Part shown: positions 23,398 through 36,690 of the stretch, piece by piece | Layout: each line of letters starts with the position of its first letter | How positions within the stretch are numbered: position 1 is the stretch's first letter | Source of the DNA: Setoptus koraiensis | Lineage: Eukaryota; Animalia; Arthropoda | Length of the DNA stretch: 64,000 bases | Direction: 5' to 3' | Assembly (NCBI GenBank): GCA_048013815.1 | Contig: CM106586.1 | Span: forward strand, 11,036,001-11,100,000 | Program-made: the position numbers and the translations under genes | The notes under the pieces: model-generated | Told to the model about the DNA's origin: nothing | The model's input: the letters and a program-made list of their open reading frames with translations, nothing else | Database searches by the model: none

Positions 23398-25192
23398 ATG
23401 ACCGGTCAACCAGCTCAACCAGTACAATCAGTTACATCTTCAAATTCGTCGTCATCCAACCCGACGCCCACTCACAAAACGGCCGTAGTTGATCCAGATC
23501 AATCTGTCATTGATGAAATCAAGGAACATGCCAGGCAAATTGAGAAATCCGTCAACCAAAAAGAATCCAGGAATGTTCTCAGAGTGTTGCGCACGATGGT
23601 GGCCACTCGTAAGCGACTGAATCCCAGAGTTTTACGAAAATTGATATTTGGTTTTTATACTCACTCCAATGATCAACGCGATGCTATACTTGAATTAATA
23701 GATGAGGCTACTGCCGACGATATGGACGATGGTTCTGACAAATCGGCTGAAGCTGCCACTAAAATTCGCTCCACCAAGACGGCAGGTTTGCCTCTTATGC
23801 CAGAGCTCGATGTCTATTTCAATCTATTAGTTCTTGTCAATTTGATTGATTTAGGTAGATATGAGACTGCAGTTAAATGCTCGAATCAACTGATGAACAT
23901 GATAGTATCCCATAATAGACGTACTTTAGATGCTCTGGCAGCTAGATGCTATTATTATCACACTCGTTGCTATGAACTAGTAGGCCAACTCAATCAGATC
24001 AAGAGCTTCCTGCATTCTAGATTAAGAACAGCAACGTTGCGTAATGATTACGAGGGTCAAGCCGTTTTGTTGAATTGCCTACTGCGCCTCTACCTCAACT
24101 ACAACCTTTACGATCAAGCTGCTAAACTAGTATCAAAATCAGTGTTTCCCGAATCAGCATCTAATAATGAGTGGGCACGATTTCTATACTATCTCGGACG
24201 TATCAAGGCGATTCAACTTGAGTATTCCGAGGCACACAAAAATCTTCTTCAAGCAATTAGAAAAGCCCCTCAGACTGGTGCTATAGGATTCAAGCAAACT
24301 GTTCATAAGCTAGCAACTATAGTTGAGTTACTTATGGGTGAAATCCCAGATCGAAGTTTGTTCAGGGAACCATCTCTGAGGCGCTCGTTAGCCCCTTATT
24401 TCCAACTTACCCAAGCTGTGCGTAGTGGAGATTTAGCAAGATTCGGTGTTGTCATAGAAAATTTCGGTCCAAATTTTCAGGCTGATCACACGTTCACTTT
24501 GATAATACGTCTCCGTCACAACGTTATCAAAACCGGCGTCAGAATGATCAACTTGTCGTACTCAAGAATTCATCTATCTGATATAGCTAAAAAGCTAAAG
24601 TCCGACGATAAAGAAGATGCTGAATACATTGCTGCAAAAGCAATCAGGGACGGTGTCATAGAAGCAAAAATCAATCATCAGAAAGGTTACTTGCAATCTA
24701 AAGAAACAACAGACGTTTACTGTACACCAGAGCCACAGGCAGCCTTCCATCAAAGGATAGCATTTTGCTTAGATATTTACAACCAATCCGTCAAAGCCAT
24801 GAGATTTCCCTTGAAGTCATACCATGTAGACTCTGAATCTGCTGAGGTGGGTAATCTGTCATTTATTAGTTGAATTCATACTTAAGATTATTTTGATACT
24901 CCAATTTATAATATCAAGATAGTAAATTTAGATCCCGTATGAGATGAATAGGTTTATTTGTATGAGACTTATTCGAGTTCATATGTTTTATTATGGTAGA
25001 GCACGTGTGAATTAGTGCATGTGAAATTTCAATACTAACTCATATTTATCTATATTCTTATATTTTATAAACTAATTAAAATCCAACAACAACATTTACA
25101 ACCAGGAGAGACGCGAACGAGAACAGCAAGATTTAGAGTATGCCCAAGAGCTCGCAGAAGACGACGATTTAGATGAAGACGACTTCGCTTAA
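23398..25192 (+). CDS. PSMD3: 26S proteasome non-ATPase regulatory subunit 3 (Rpn3), 2 exons: 23398-24846 and 25106-25192
   Basis: PCI-domain lid subunit motifs: [56 protein letters not shown] and [15 protein letters not shown] phase-0 intron GTGGGT...CCAG restores the C-terminus SAE|[21 protein letters not shown]. Confidence 0.97.
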
Positions 25193-27069
25193 TGCCGTCT
25201 GGGACATATATAATAAGTATTTAAGAGGAAGGGATACAAAACAAAAAAGCCTCTTCGGACACTAAACGATCTATCTATTTGAAGCAAAAACAAATTTGGG
25301 TGCGCGAGTAATTTGTCCAGTAATTTTAATGTCCTCTGGCGGACATTTTATGGTAAATAAAAGGAATAACTACTAGCTCGCTCATGATAACAATCAATTA
25401 TGTAAATCGTAGTCTTTCTTTGGAAACCTTTCTTTATTAGAATTTCTCAATTTTGATAGTTACGATACCTGAAATAACTTTCAGATATCACCGCTACGTC
25501 GTGTGGAAGCATAATGTGCTGGTTAATCTTTCAATAGGAATCTGCAACGAAAATATTGTAGATCAACCGAGCGACATGTCTAGCGAATACAATTTCTAGT
25601 ATGTACATGAATGTTGTATATTTCATTAGTTACTTTAATTTTAGGAGGGTTGTCGATAGTAGAAATTGATTTATCATGTGAATCTCACTTTCATTCACTC
25701 CTATTCCAACCATGCGAGAAAGTTTATGAATCGAACTCCGAAGTTTCGTATCGCATAGCAACTGCCCGTTCTCTTTTATACCTGATGCTTGTTGCGACAG
25801 AAGTTTCATGCTCCTGTAGAATAATGTAGTAAGAAAAAAATTAAATTAACAACCTGAGCATAACAGCTTGATTTTATAAGAGACACAGTTAATTGAGAAT
25901 CGGAAGAGGCCCACACAGCGACAAACCAGTTTGTTGATTGCGAGCACAATCACACATTACTGAGTTGACACTGTGACGTAACGCGTCTAGGCGAAAGCTT
26001 GTTGAGTTCTCGAATATACTGTCATTTATCCCCTGGTGATCGAATCCCCTTTATTGTTGTTTGTTTTAATACTCAAAGACGAATGAGAATTCTCCCTTGA
26101 TGGTCGAATGATATTAATTAATTTATTCATTGAGGAGCTTCAAAGTAGAACTTTATTCCAAAAAATATTGCACTGACATAAACTCCAGCTTTGTAGAGTC
26201 TCTGACATGAATAACAAGCAAACACTGTATATAAAAGAAAGCAATGCTAATATTTGCAACATATATCTACCTGTTTACAAACACAACTCACCTATTTGCT
26301 ACTAACTAACTATAATGAAACTGCATCCATGGTGACCTACTCATCTAAAAATACCGAATACTTGGTGCGCCCTCTAGATGAACCTCGATAGACATGATGC
26401 AGTGGAATACAAAGAGTAAATGTAACGTTAAAAAGATGGACGCGTTATCTGTAACAAACACCTGCTCATCGGCAGTAAATGATCATGTCGGCGTCCGCGA
26501 GGGGAAAATCTGCTTATGAGAGACCATAGAAAGACGATAGTTTCGATTAGTGGCGTCACTTCGGCTGACGTGATTTCATGGAGCACGAATGGAGTGACGC
26601 TTGATATAGCTTCCTATTTCAAGGTCAGCCACACAAGTGGCTGTCTGACGGCTCTGTTAGTGGTTGCAGACAAGTGAAAGTGGTTGTCAGCAGTGAACAA
26701 CTGCCACGGTTTCACACAATAACATGCCCATCTATCCATTCCTATATTTCTCGTATCTTCCATACATGAACAAATACATAAACAAATAATAATGATAATA
26801 AAAGTCAACATGGTGTGATGGGTAGATGAAACAACAAATTTGGCTAGAATGCAACAACAACAACAAATTTGACTGGAATGCAACAACAACAGCAACAAAC
26901 AGCCACACTGAATGCGGTATCTCTGATCTGTCGATGCTAATATTAATTCCGTTTTTAGAATCATTTTAACATCTATCATTCCATTTTCAAACAATTGATT
27001 AAAGGATCTTTTCGCAAAACTACGATACAATATAAGATAATAATTGTAGTAGTTGGAACAAGTATTTTA

Positions 27070-27077
27070 TATCGATA
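27070..27077. promoter_or_regulatory. DRE-like palindrome TATCGATA upstream of ABAT
   Basis: Exact TATCGATA about 50 bp upstream of the ABAT ATG; a second copy lies at 43650-43657, upstream of PKA-RII. This is the DREF housekeeping-promoter element in Drosophila; function here is untested. Confidence 0.3.
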
Positions 27078-27124
27078 TTTTTATTTTAGAAATTTTAGAC
27101 TAGGAGCAGCTAAAGTACAACACA

Positions 27125-28648
27125 ATGGCTTCCACTTTCATGAGCATCTATTCGATAACAAATCGTTCCTTCGTGGCACGAACATCTGAATCTATTTTGA
27201 CAAAATTAATTCGACCGCAACGCCACTTGACAACCTCCAATGTAAACCATCAAGTCAGACAAGAGCCAACAAATCCCAAAATCTTAACTTCCTCAATACC
27301 TGGACCCAAGTCTTTGGAATTAATTAAGGACTTGAGCAAGATCCAGCAAACTGGATCTGTCAAATTGTTTGTTGACTATGAGAAATCTTTTGGTAATTAT
27401 CTTGTTGATGCTGACGGAAACACCTATTTGGATGTTATAACACAAATATCATCTATACCACTGGGCTACAATCATCCGGCCCTCATTGAAGCCATTCAGG
27501 ACAAAACGAATCTAGCCGAGTTTGTCAATAGGCCTTGTTTGGGATATTTGCCGCCACAACAATTCATTCAGCGTCTCCAAAATGCCCTATTGTCGGTGGC
27601 GCCGGAGGGACTCACCGAACTACAGACTATGGCCTGCGGATCTTGTTCCGTAGAGAACGCACTTAAGGCCGCCTTCATGAGATACCGCGATCTACAACGC
27701 GATGGAAAACAACCATCACCAGAAGAATTGGAATCTACCATGGTGAATCAAACGCCAGGATCACCAAATCTTGCCGCTTTGTCGTTCCATGGTGGATTTC
27801 ACGGTAGAACTATGGGCGCCTTGAGTTGCACACATTCCAAGGCTATTCACAAATTGGACGTGCCAGCATTCGATTGGCCAATTGCCTCGTACCCTCGATA
27901 CAAATATCCTCTAGACGAGAATCAGCGTGAAAATGAGCAAACAGACAAAAAATGCCTGGAACATATAGAGGATCTTGTTGAACAATGGTCTAAAAAAGGC
28001 ACCCCTGTTGCAGCAGCCATAGTAGAGCCAATCCAGGGTGAAGGAGGTGATAACCATGGTTCGGCTGGTTTCTTCAAAGGTTTACGTCAGATATGTACAA
28101 AACACAAGATCGCGTTCATATGTGACGAAGTCCAAACAGGTTGTGGGCCGACTGGCAAATTCTGGGCTCACGAATTCTGGGGTCCTGAAGCGCAACCAGA
28201 TTTTGTTACTTTCAGTAAAAAGATGTTGTTGGGTGGTTATTTTTACAAGAGTGAATTCAGACCACCGCAAGCTTATAGAGTTTTCAACACTTGGATGGGG
28301 GATCCAGGCAAGTTGATCTTATTAGAGAAAGTGATTGAAGTAATCAAGAGAGACAATTTGCTCCAAAAAATATCATCTACTGGTACCAAGATGCTAGAAG
28401 GTCTCATTCAATTACAAAATAAACACTGTAATGTCGTCGAAAACGCTCGAGGAAAAGGAACGTTTTGTGCTCTGGACTTCAAGAATGCTCAAACCAGAGA
28501 TAAGGCAATAGATTTGCTTTTGAAGGAGGGTATTAATTCTGCTGGTTGCGGCGACAGATCTTTGAGAGTTAGGACGTCACTAGTATTTGAGGACAAGCAT
28601 AACGACATATTTTTGGATCGCTTATCAAAAGTGTTGACTAAGCTATGA
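27125..28648 (+). CDS. ABAT: 4-aminobutyrate aminotransferase, mitochondrial (class III PLP aminotransferase), intronless
   Basis: Presequence-like N-terminus, then SFGNYLVDADGN, SSIPLGYNHP, MACGSCSVENA, FHGRTMGALSCTHSKAIHKLDVPAFDWPIA, DEVQTG, the PLP lysine in TFSKK, and FNTWMGDP. Confidence 0.97.
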   Translation: MASTFMSIYSITNRSFVARTSESILTKLIRPQRHLTTSNVNHQVRQEPTNPKILTSSIPGPKSLELIKDLSKIQQTGSVKLFVDYEKSFGNYLVDADGNTYLDVITQISSIPLGYNHPALIEAIQDKTNLAEFVNRPCLGYLPPQQFIQRLQNALLSVAPEGLTELQTMACGSCSVENALKAAFMRYRDLQRDGKQPSPEELESTMVNQTPGSPNLAALSFHGGFHGRTMGALSCTHSKAIHKLDVPAFDWPIASYPRYKYPLDENQRENEQTDKKCLEHIEDLVEQWSKKGTPVAAAIVEPIQGEGGDNHGSAGFFKGLRQICTKHKIAFICDEVQTGCGPTGKFWAHEFWGPEAQPDFVTFSKKMLLGGYFYKSEFRPPQAYRVFNTWMGDPGKLILLEKVIEVIKRDNLLQKISSTGTKMLEGLIQLQNKHCNVVENARGKGTFCALDFKNAQTRDKAIDLLLKEGINSAGCGDRSLRVRTSLVFEDKHNDIFLDRLSKVLTKL

Positions 28649-28698
28649 ATTCCTTCATACTGTTATCGCTGTCTCTATCATTGTATTGTTGTCTGATA

Positions 28699-28700
<2 letters not shown>

Positions 28701-28725
<25 letters not shown>
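28701..28725. repeat. (TA)n microsatellite between the convergent ABAT and TM2D1 3' ends
   Basis: Direct reading. Confidence 0.95.
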
Positions 28726-28733
<8 letters not shown>

Positions 28734-28778
28734 TACACTAATATGCACTAACATATGCACTAATGTCTGTATCCAATC

Positions 28779-29246
28779 CTACATTAAAAAGCTATCCTTA
28801 GACAAAATGGTCATCTTTGGGCCAAAGTAATCAATGATATAGCTGGATCTATCGGCTGGCAAAAGAACTTGAGTCGCAATAAGAATGACATCGACAAGTT
28901 GTCCCAGTAGCATAAAGCCAAATGTGCAAAATTTGAACAATCCTAGCGCATAGTATCCCAGATAGAATCTATCAGCACCAAACATGCCCAAGAATATGGA
29001 CAATAGAAGAGCCGTCTCAAATGAGTATCCATTAGTGTATTGGCATTCTGTGTATGATTGAAAAAGCGTTTCATTGAAGCCCGTCGATGGTAGACAAGCC
29101 AGTCCAGGATTGACGGAACAATTTAATGGTGCGACGTTTTCCTTGGTACAACCAAACGGTTGCTGAGTGATGGGGTCAATTTGAACGGGCGGACATGAGT
29201 ACTGACCAATCAGTAATTGGCTACAATTGACATGGTACTTTGACAT
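28779..29246 (-). CDS. TM2D1: TM2 domain-containing protein 1 (BBP/biscotti-like); 5' end unresolved
   Basis: Cys-rich ectodomain CSQLLIGQYSC...IDPITQQPFGC, TM2 domain LLLSIFLGMFGADRFYLGYYALGLFKFCTFG, and C-terminal PADRSSYIIDYFG. An in-frame TAA at 29264-29262 limits the N-terminus; first ATG is at 29246. Confidence 0.88.
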   Translation of the reverse strand: MSKYHVNCSQLLIGQYSCPPVQIDPITQQPFGCTKENVAPLNCSVNPGLACLPSTGFNETLFQSYTECQYTNGYSFETALLLSIFLGMFGADRFYLGYYALGLFKFCTFGFMLLGQLVDVILIATQVLLPADRSSYIIDYFGPKMTILSKDSFLM

Positions 29247-29276
29247 GTTGTACACGTTGACTTATAAATCTGTAAG

Positions 29277-29316
29277 TATATATATATATATATATGTATA
29301 TACATATATATATATA
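29277..29316. repeat. (TA)n microsatellite, imperfect, immediately upstream of TM2D1
   Basis: Direct reading. Confidence 0.9.
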
Positions 29317-29616
29317 AATATCTATATGTAAAGAGTGGTCGCAAAAACATTTTCATCTGACATCACTCGCTGTGCGACACTGTGTCGCCTTGTCTTCGGT
29401 TGTCCTCGGCAAGAATTGCACAGAAAGTCGAAATTCGCCGCACGGAAAATGCACTGTGGAAGGCAGCCATGGGGTTTTTAGTTCTAATGCGCGCTTTGAA
29501 TGAAACACCCTTTCCATATAAATAATAATATTTAAACATATGTATTTCCAAAACAGCCAGTTCTTCTGTACCTCACCTAGGCACTAAGCACTGTTACAAA
29601 TTCACATTTCAACAAG

Positions 29617-30186
29617 ATGATCAAAGCTATATTAGTGTTCAACAACCATGGCAAACCGAGGCTGTCAAAATTCTATCATCATTATGCCGAGGACATGCAG
29701 CAACAGATAATTAAAGAGACATTCCAATTGGTGTCTAAAAGGGACGATGATGTATGCAATTTTTTGGAAGGAGGAACGCTGATTGGCGGAGATGATTACA
29801 AGATCATATACAGACATTACGCTACACTTTATTTTGTATTTTGCGTTGACTCATCCGAAAGCGAATTAGGCATATTGGACTTAATACAGGTATTTGTAGA
29901 GACATTAGATATGAGCTTCGAGAATGTTTGCGAACTCGATCTCATATTCAACGTGGACAAGGTCCACCACATACTCAATGAGCTCGTAATGGGTGGTATG
30001 GTATTGGAAACAAACATGAACGAGATATTAGCCCGTGTTGAGGAACAAAACAAACTAGTACGACAGGAATCGGGATTAAGTGCAGCACCTGCTAGAGCAG
30101 TCTCGGCAGTCAAGAATATGAATTTGGCTCAACAGATCAAAGATATGAAATTTCCAGATGTAATAGGTTCTTCAATAAAGTTTTAA
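29617..30186 (+). CDS. AP3S: AP-3 complex subunit sigma, intronless
   Basis: MIKAILVFNNHGKPRLSKFY, YRHYATLYFVFCVDSSESELGILDLIQVFVETLD, FENVCELDLIF and MGGMVLETNMNEI. Confidence 0.98.
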   Translation: MIKAILVFNNHGKPRLSKFYHHYAEDMQQQIIKETFQLVSKRDDDVCNFLEGGTLIGGDDYKIIYRHYATLYFVFCVDSSESELGILDLIQVFVETLDMSFENVCELDLIFNVDKVHHILNELVMGGMVLETNMNEILARVEEQNKLVRQESGLSAAPARAVSAVKNMNLAQQIKDMKFPDVIGSSIKF

Positions 30187-31082
30187 TATTGTTGTGTGCC
30201 TTTGAGCTTAATCTATCAACAATATTGTATATTGTAGAGTATAATTATTGTCGAATTGTTAGACTGTTATGTAAATCAGCGAGTGTCAGAGGTTGGCCAA
30301 AGGTGGCAGCGCGCGCGCTAGAGGGAGAGAGATATATATATACCAAGGATTAACGCGTTACAGCGTCGTCATTTGAAACGAGCCAACTATTACTATTAAT
30401 AACACTACTACCATCATATTACTAGTAACAAGGTGAATAATTTATCACAAGCCGTGTGCACAGTAGACAGAAGCAGTTTTTGCCCACTAATCAGTAACCA
30501 TTAGTTTTTAGTCGATGGTCAATGGCAGAACACCGGCCAGCTCAATTCATATTTATGCCCTTATTCAAGCTCTTTATCGCGATATCATATTTGTGCTGGC
30601 TGCAATCATTTTTGCTTGCTCAGCAAGCGGCCTCACAAGACTGTGCGTAATAGGTTGGATGGGGCCCCAACAATTCGAGATGAGAAGTCGAGACGAAGGG
30701 AAGGGATGAAGGCATGACGGGGCTCTAACAATTTCGAATGCAACGAAAAATTGTTTTTTATATGCAGCAGCAGCTTGAGCTTGCGACCACCCAAGGAAAT
30801 TAAATCCTTGCACAATGCAACTGCCTGACTGCCTGTCTGTCTGTTCTTGGTATTGTGTTTGTTTGACATTGCTTTGCTCTTTGTTTTGTTGCTGTGTCTG
30901 TTTGTGCGCCTTACATTACACTTGTTAGACACATTCTCTATTTACAGATTTCAAATTGTTATTCTTTCTTTTCCGGGTTGTTGTTCTTGATGACGACGGC
31001 AAATGGTGCTCGCCCCAGATCGCGCTAGGCTGCACCGGCCCCCAGCCTAGCGAGAATGTTTATTTTGTGTAATAGTGGCACG

Positions 31083-31165
31083 ACAGCAACAACAGCAACA
31101 ACAACAGCAACAACAACAACAACGACAACAACAACAACAGCAGCAACAACAACAGTGGCAACAAC
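31083..31165. repeat. (CAA/CAG)n trinucleotide tract, apparently non-coding
   Basis: Direct reading; not embedded in a long ORF. Confidence 0.9.
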
Positions 31166-34100
31166 TAAGCGGCGTTATGTACTAGTCGCTTTATTTTCCC
31201 ATTTTGCACCATAGCTGCGCACCATCTTGGCTGGTCTCTTCGTCTCCGTCGAGCCGTCGTTGCCACTACAAGCTTGGCAAACTTGCTAAACTTGGCAAGC
31301 TCTCGAACAATGCGCTCTCCGTCTGCTGTCTAGTTTATAGTTGTTTCTGGTATTTGCTGGCAGTTGCTGGCGGCCGAACCTAAGTGGTGCTGGTGGTTTA
31401 TCGTCTCGACACAACTTTAGATTGTATTATTATAACACTGGCTAGTGTTGTATTACTGCTGCATTGCCGTCTGCTGGTCGGGGTGCCCGCTGTCTTGGCG
31501 CCGTCTTACCATGTAGCCGCGTTTCGCTTGATCCAAAGCTCGAGTTAAATATTGTTCTAATTTGGTGCTGCTGGCCAGCCGTCGCTTGTGCCATCTACTG
31601 TTGGTGGGGCTGCTTCAATGCTACAATTTAACCGCACCAGGTAAAGACAGACGGACAGGCAGACACAAACTCAATATAAACTCGATATACACACACACAC
31701 ACACACACTCAACAATATATATATATGCGATGCATTGTATAACAATGTATAACAGGCAAACCTCTTGAGCGGAGGCGGACAAGTTTATCTAGCATCTGGC
31801 ATGTATCTGTATGTGCATCTGTGGCCATTGTGTCGAGCAAATAGCATCGATAGAGGATGGGATTGTATTGAATTGGTCAATTGGTTCATTAGTTCATTGG
31901 CTGGGTTCATTCGGGTCGGGATGAGCCGCGTCGGAATGGGCAGCGTCGGGCGGGCTCACTCGCGTCCGCGTTATCCGCTTTGTGGGCTCACAAGGTAAAT
32001 CTCTTTACGGGGCACAAGAGATTGCAGCTAGACAAAGAGGTAGAGTAAACAAAATTAAGCGGTCAGCGTATAGCGGTCCCAGTGGGAGCCGCATTGCGCG
32101 CGCCCTCCGACTGGACAAGTTGGTTGTTATTATGAGGGCCAGATTAGAAGGACGGGTCGCGACGGAGTTACCAGCTACCAAGTAGATTGCCGCGCTCCTG
32201 TCAAGACGTGCCGGTTGGCGGTCTAGCCAGCGCCGAGAGTGTTAGCCGACACTCGAGGGCGTCAGGTGCGTCCAGCGGCTCAATGTGCGCCGGCTAGGCA
32301 TGGACACGGCCGAGAAGAAACGGATTTGAGATGCACGGGCAATGTTGCGGCCATGAAGCCTTCACATGATGGAGGCGCTGCACGGTTTGCAGCGCACTGA
32401 GGCTGATTTGCGCTATAAACTGGCGTTATCGCATGTATACATTTGCCATTTGTTACACAGCTTGGACGCGTGCCAAACAGTGGCGGCACTGTGTTTGGGC
32501 CGCAACGCAAGTTGGCGCGCGCCAATTTGGTGCAAATTGCCTACAGCATTTATGCGCAAAACAACACACAGCACAACGATTGCAGTGTGCAATCTAAAAT
32601 AATAACTCGCTCTTTGTTTTGGCAATGATGGTAAAATAAAATGGCAAACTAGCGCACTACCGGCGCGCACCATGAGCCAATTGGAGAAAATAACTCTGTT
32701 GGCCCGTTGGCAGCCCAACAGAGCGCCGCCAATGGGCTCACACATGACGTGAGCCCATTCCCATTCCCATCGGCGTTCGCATTCGCATTCTCATTCTCAT
32801 ATATACACACAGCCTGTGTCGTGCAGGTATGTATTTCACCGGCAAGTTAGTTACACTTACAAGTGTGCCGAGCATAGCAAGTGTGCATAGCACGCCGCGG
32901 CAAGTATGGGGCCAGGTATAAGTAATCACTTTTTTCAGCCACCCACTTGACTATTTACTGGCACTGCTGACTTTACATGTGACTACTGGCTGCAACTCGT
33001 TGCAAGTGACTTGCCAGCGCACTGTAAACACAACCCAACTGGTAATAACCCAACAATGGGCATTGCATGAGCTGTTTGTGCCAGCGGCGCCAGGGCCCTC
33101 TAATTGAAATCCACCGTTGAACAGCGGTAGCGGTGTGTGTGACAGTTGTTCGGCTAACGGCAACTTGGCTGTCGGGTTCGTATGAATAAACAATTGATTA
33201 GTATCGGATATCAGCCGCTCCAATGACTGATACATTGGGCCCGCGTGTGTGTGCGTGTCCGTCTCGTAGATTATTACTTAAAATGATCTATATGCTCGAC
33301 GCGGGCCCAAACGCGAACACGAACCAACAAACGCAAACCTATCTGCGTGTTTTCGTCTCATTTACTTGCCTGCCGACCCATTGTTTTGGGCATTGGCAAG
33401 CATCGAGCCGCCATCGGTGTACGCGCTTGTTACGGTTACGCAACGAGGCCCTTCGTTAGCACGTATTGTTCGTTTGAGTGGCGTTTGTTTGAACTTCACC
33501 GTATTTGTGTTTTTGTTCCCTTGTTTATATTTGTCTCGCTGCTCCGTTTGCGGCCGCCCCACAAATATGTTTCGTCTGGCGTCGTTGCTCGCCACCGTTG
33601 TGCATTTGTGCCGCCCAAGTTTCGGGCCGTTCTGGGCCGTTTCCAGCTCGGTGGGCCGGCTTGTGTCGGCGCGCCCAGCCACAAGCCCGGATCCGCGACC
33701 GGCCATGCCGGCGATCCGAGTGAAGATTTCAATCAACTAATGAAGCTGCAAGATATCGCCGGCTTACGCCACTCGTGGGCGCACTTTCTAATCGTTGGCC
33801 ACACACAATTTCGCTCTATTTTCCCATTGTGATACAACGTCCACAATGACAACTCAAGTTTCGGCTGGCCCGTCGTGCCGCCCCGCGCACAACTCAACTC
33901 CATCTTGATAACCAAGATAACGGTTTACAGATACCGCACATAAAGATTGAGTGTCGTGATGAGGCCCCGCGAGCGGCCAAAACGAGCGTTTGGGCCGTTT
34001 GTGGGCCGTTTTGGGCCAGTCTGATAACAGTTGTGGACAGTTGCGAGTGCCGACGCTCGCCAATGTTGCTGCCAGCGAGCACGACTTGGCCAGGGCGCAG

Positions 34101-36690
34101 CGAATAAAAACTGTCCATATTGTCAATACATTATCATTATTATTTCAAGCACACAAAATGACATAGAGCACATTGCCGTCCAGTCGATATAATAATAATT
34201 TCGCAATCAATTCTGGGAATGTCGCCCACAAATGAGGCAACGTTGCAGCGTTGCGCCACCACCAAATAGTCAGATGAGAACAACCACTTGTCTACTAATC
34301 TACTGGTGCTCTTTTTGCTCGTCCACTTTCACACTTGCCCACGGTCTCTCTCTCTCTCTCTCTCTCCCTCTCTGTTCACTTGTCTCACTTTGCTCGACCA
34401 ATTTACGGAGCGTCAGTGCTCGTGTAGCGACTGACTCGCCTGTTATAATCATCTTTTTTACCGAACAACATTTGACACACACACACACACACAAAATTGT
34501 TGGGCCTCGCCAATTTTAATGTCCGGCAAAACACGTTGTGTCCAGTCGCACCAGTTAACTGGTCAGCCAGTGGACTGGTGAAGCGTGTCGCAAGTTAGAT
34601 TGCGTTCACGCACGCACAAACAGTTTATCATTGAGCGTTACAGTTTTGCACAAACTGACCACTACGGGGTGCTAGTTGCGAGCCGTCGCATGGATGGCGC
34701 CAATTGGTCACACTGTCCAGACTGGCTGGACGCCAGTTTTGGGCCCCGTTCGCTGGCCAGCGCGAATGCCACCGCTGGACAAGCACGTGGCAAGTGGCAT
34801 AATTTGTGCAACTTGTACAAATGCCAGTTGTCCGCAACTGCAATTCGGATCAGGACTGGAATTGGCATTGTGGAGGCAATTGGCACATATGCAAATTGCT
34901 TACATGACAGCCCGTTTGGGTGTCGCATCATCGCAACAACATGACGTGCAAGTGAATTCTAGCGCCTCTAACACATGTACTTAGTACATGCCAGCCAGCC
35001 GCAACAAATGCTGCCCGAAATACCAGTGACGCAATGGTATGTCGGTGCTATTCCCAATTGACAACAACGCCAACGCCGCCGACAACGAAAGATAGCGGGC
35101 CAATTCGTGTCACTGGTATCACACGGGGGGGGGCTGGCTGGCTGTCCGAATGTCGCTGGCGGGCTAACGGGCTGCTCGTTGTGGCAAAATGCGACAGCGC
35201 ACGGGCAGCCCAGATAAATAATCAATTTTATCGCACCGCTAGGTCTCGCCGTTTCGAATGACGCCAGCGCGCGCGGGGCCCCAGTTCGTGTGCGGCAACG
35301 CACGCCAGCCAGCGAGCCGTGGCCAGATATGGCCTGACACAGCGAGCAAGCAAGCAAGAGTCTTGTTGCCGGGGCCCCTTGTCTTGTTCGTCTGGTGCGA
35401 GCTCGGACATTCGACCGACAGTTTGGGCGTCACTGCTCAGCTGCTGCCACCGGCGGCAGCAGTGGCAGCTTGTCGGCCAAACTGGCCAGTCGATGATATA
35501 ACTAGCCAGTAATAGGGCAGCAGTAATATGAGTCATCGCATGGACCGCCATGATGATGCCAGTCGTTGTAACAGCGGTCGTGTTAGCGGTTGTGGGCCGC
35601 CACCGCCGCCGCCGCCGAGAAAAAGCAAAATCACTTAAATATGTTAACATGTCGCGGATAAGTGGAGAAACATTTTTAAGAAGCCAGCCAATACCGAGAA
35701 ACAACAATCTGGCTGGTTGTTGGTGGCAGCGAGCGGCCAGATTTGCCAACAGCGCCGCAGTGAGCGCGAACAACAAATATAGCGGCGCTCGGTACGGTGG
35801 AGGGGGGGGGGCGTAAGAGTAACCGATGTAAAAGTAACCAATTACTCAAGGTGGTTTCGGCGGGCCGGCTCCCGCGGCTGACATTTGAGCCGCGGCGGAC
35901 GCCGCTAAGCAGCGTTCGATTGTCCCCCAATCTAACCAATCAGCGCATAGATAGATCATCGTGTCATCGGGCGCTCGGTCCATCGCGGGCCGGGCAGCCC
36001 GGCAGCCCGTCATCCCGGCATCCCGGCGCCGGGATCCATCTCCGTCTTGCAGGCAGAGCAGAGCTGAGCGGTGGAGCTGGCTAGAGCTGAGTGGGCCCCA
36101 CTAGGCTCGAGTCGAGAGGAGCCGAGTGGATTGAGTGTTGCTGGCGTCGTCGTCATTACTATCATTCATTTAATTTCATGATAAGCTCACTATTGACAAG
36201 TGGCGCTGTTCATGCGCACCATCCATTGTGACCCCGTCCTCTGGCCTCCCGTTGTCCGCCCCGCAGCCCCGCAGCCCCGCAGCCCCTCGGCCCTCAGCCC
36301 CTCAGCTCGGCCGCGTTGATCTTCTTTGTCTTTGGGGCCAGTGAGGGTCTTGCTCTAGTTACTGGCGAGCCGCTGGCAGGCGATTGGAGGGATCTGAGCG
36401 AGCGAGCGATCCGTCGGGAAAGCCATCGGGTATCTGGCAGATTGAATGGTGAGTGGTCGGATACTGGCGACTAGATACTGTGTGACTTGGCAGCAACTTT
36501 TAGTATAATATTAATATATTATCGTCTGGCGCTTGAGTGCTGCCACTCTCTTTATATCAATAGCGATTATTATAATGATAATGTCACCGTAATGTTGGCG
36601 CTGCAACACACTCAACTGGCGCAACTCACAATATGCTGTCGAGCCAGCGATACTTGTGCCAGCGGGGCCCATACGACACTCAAAACAATA

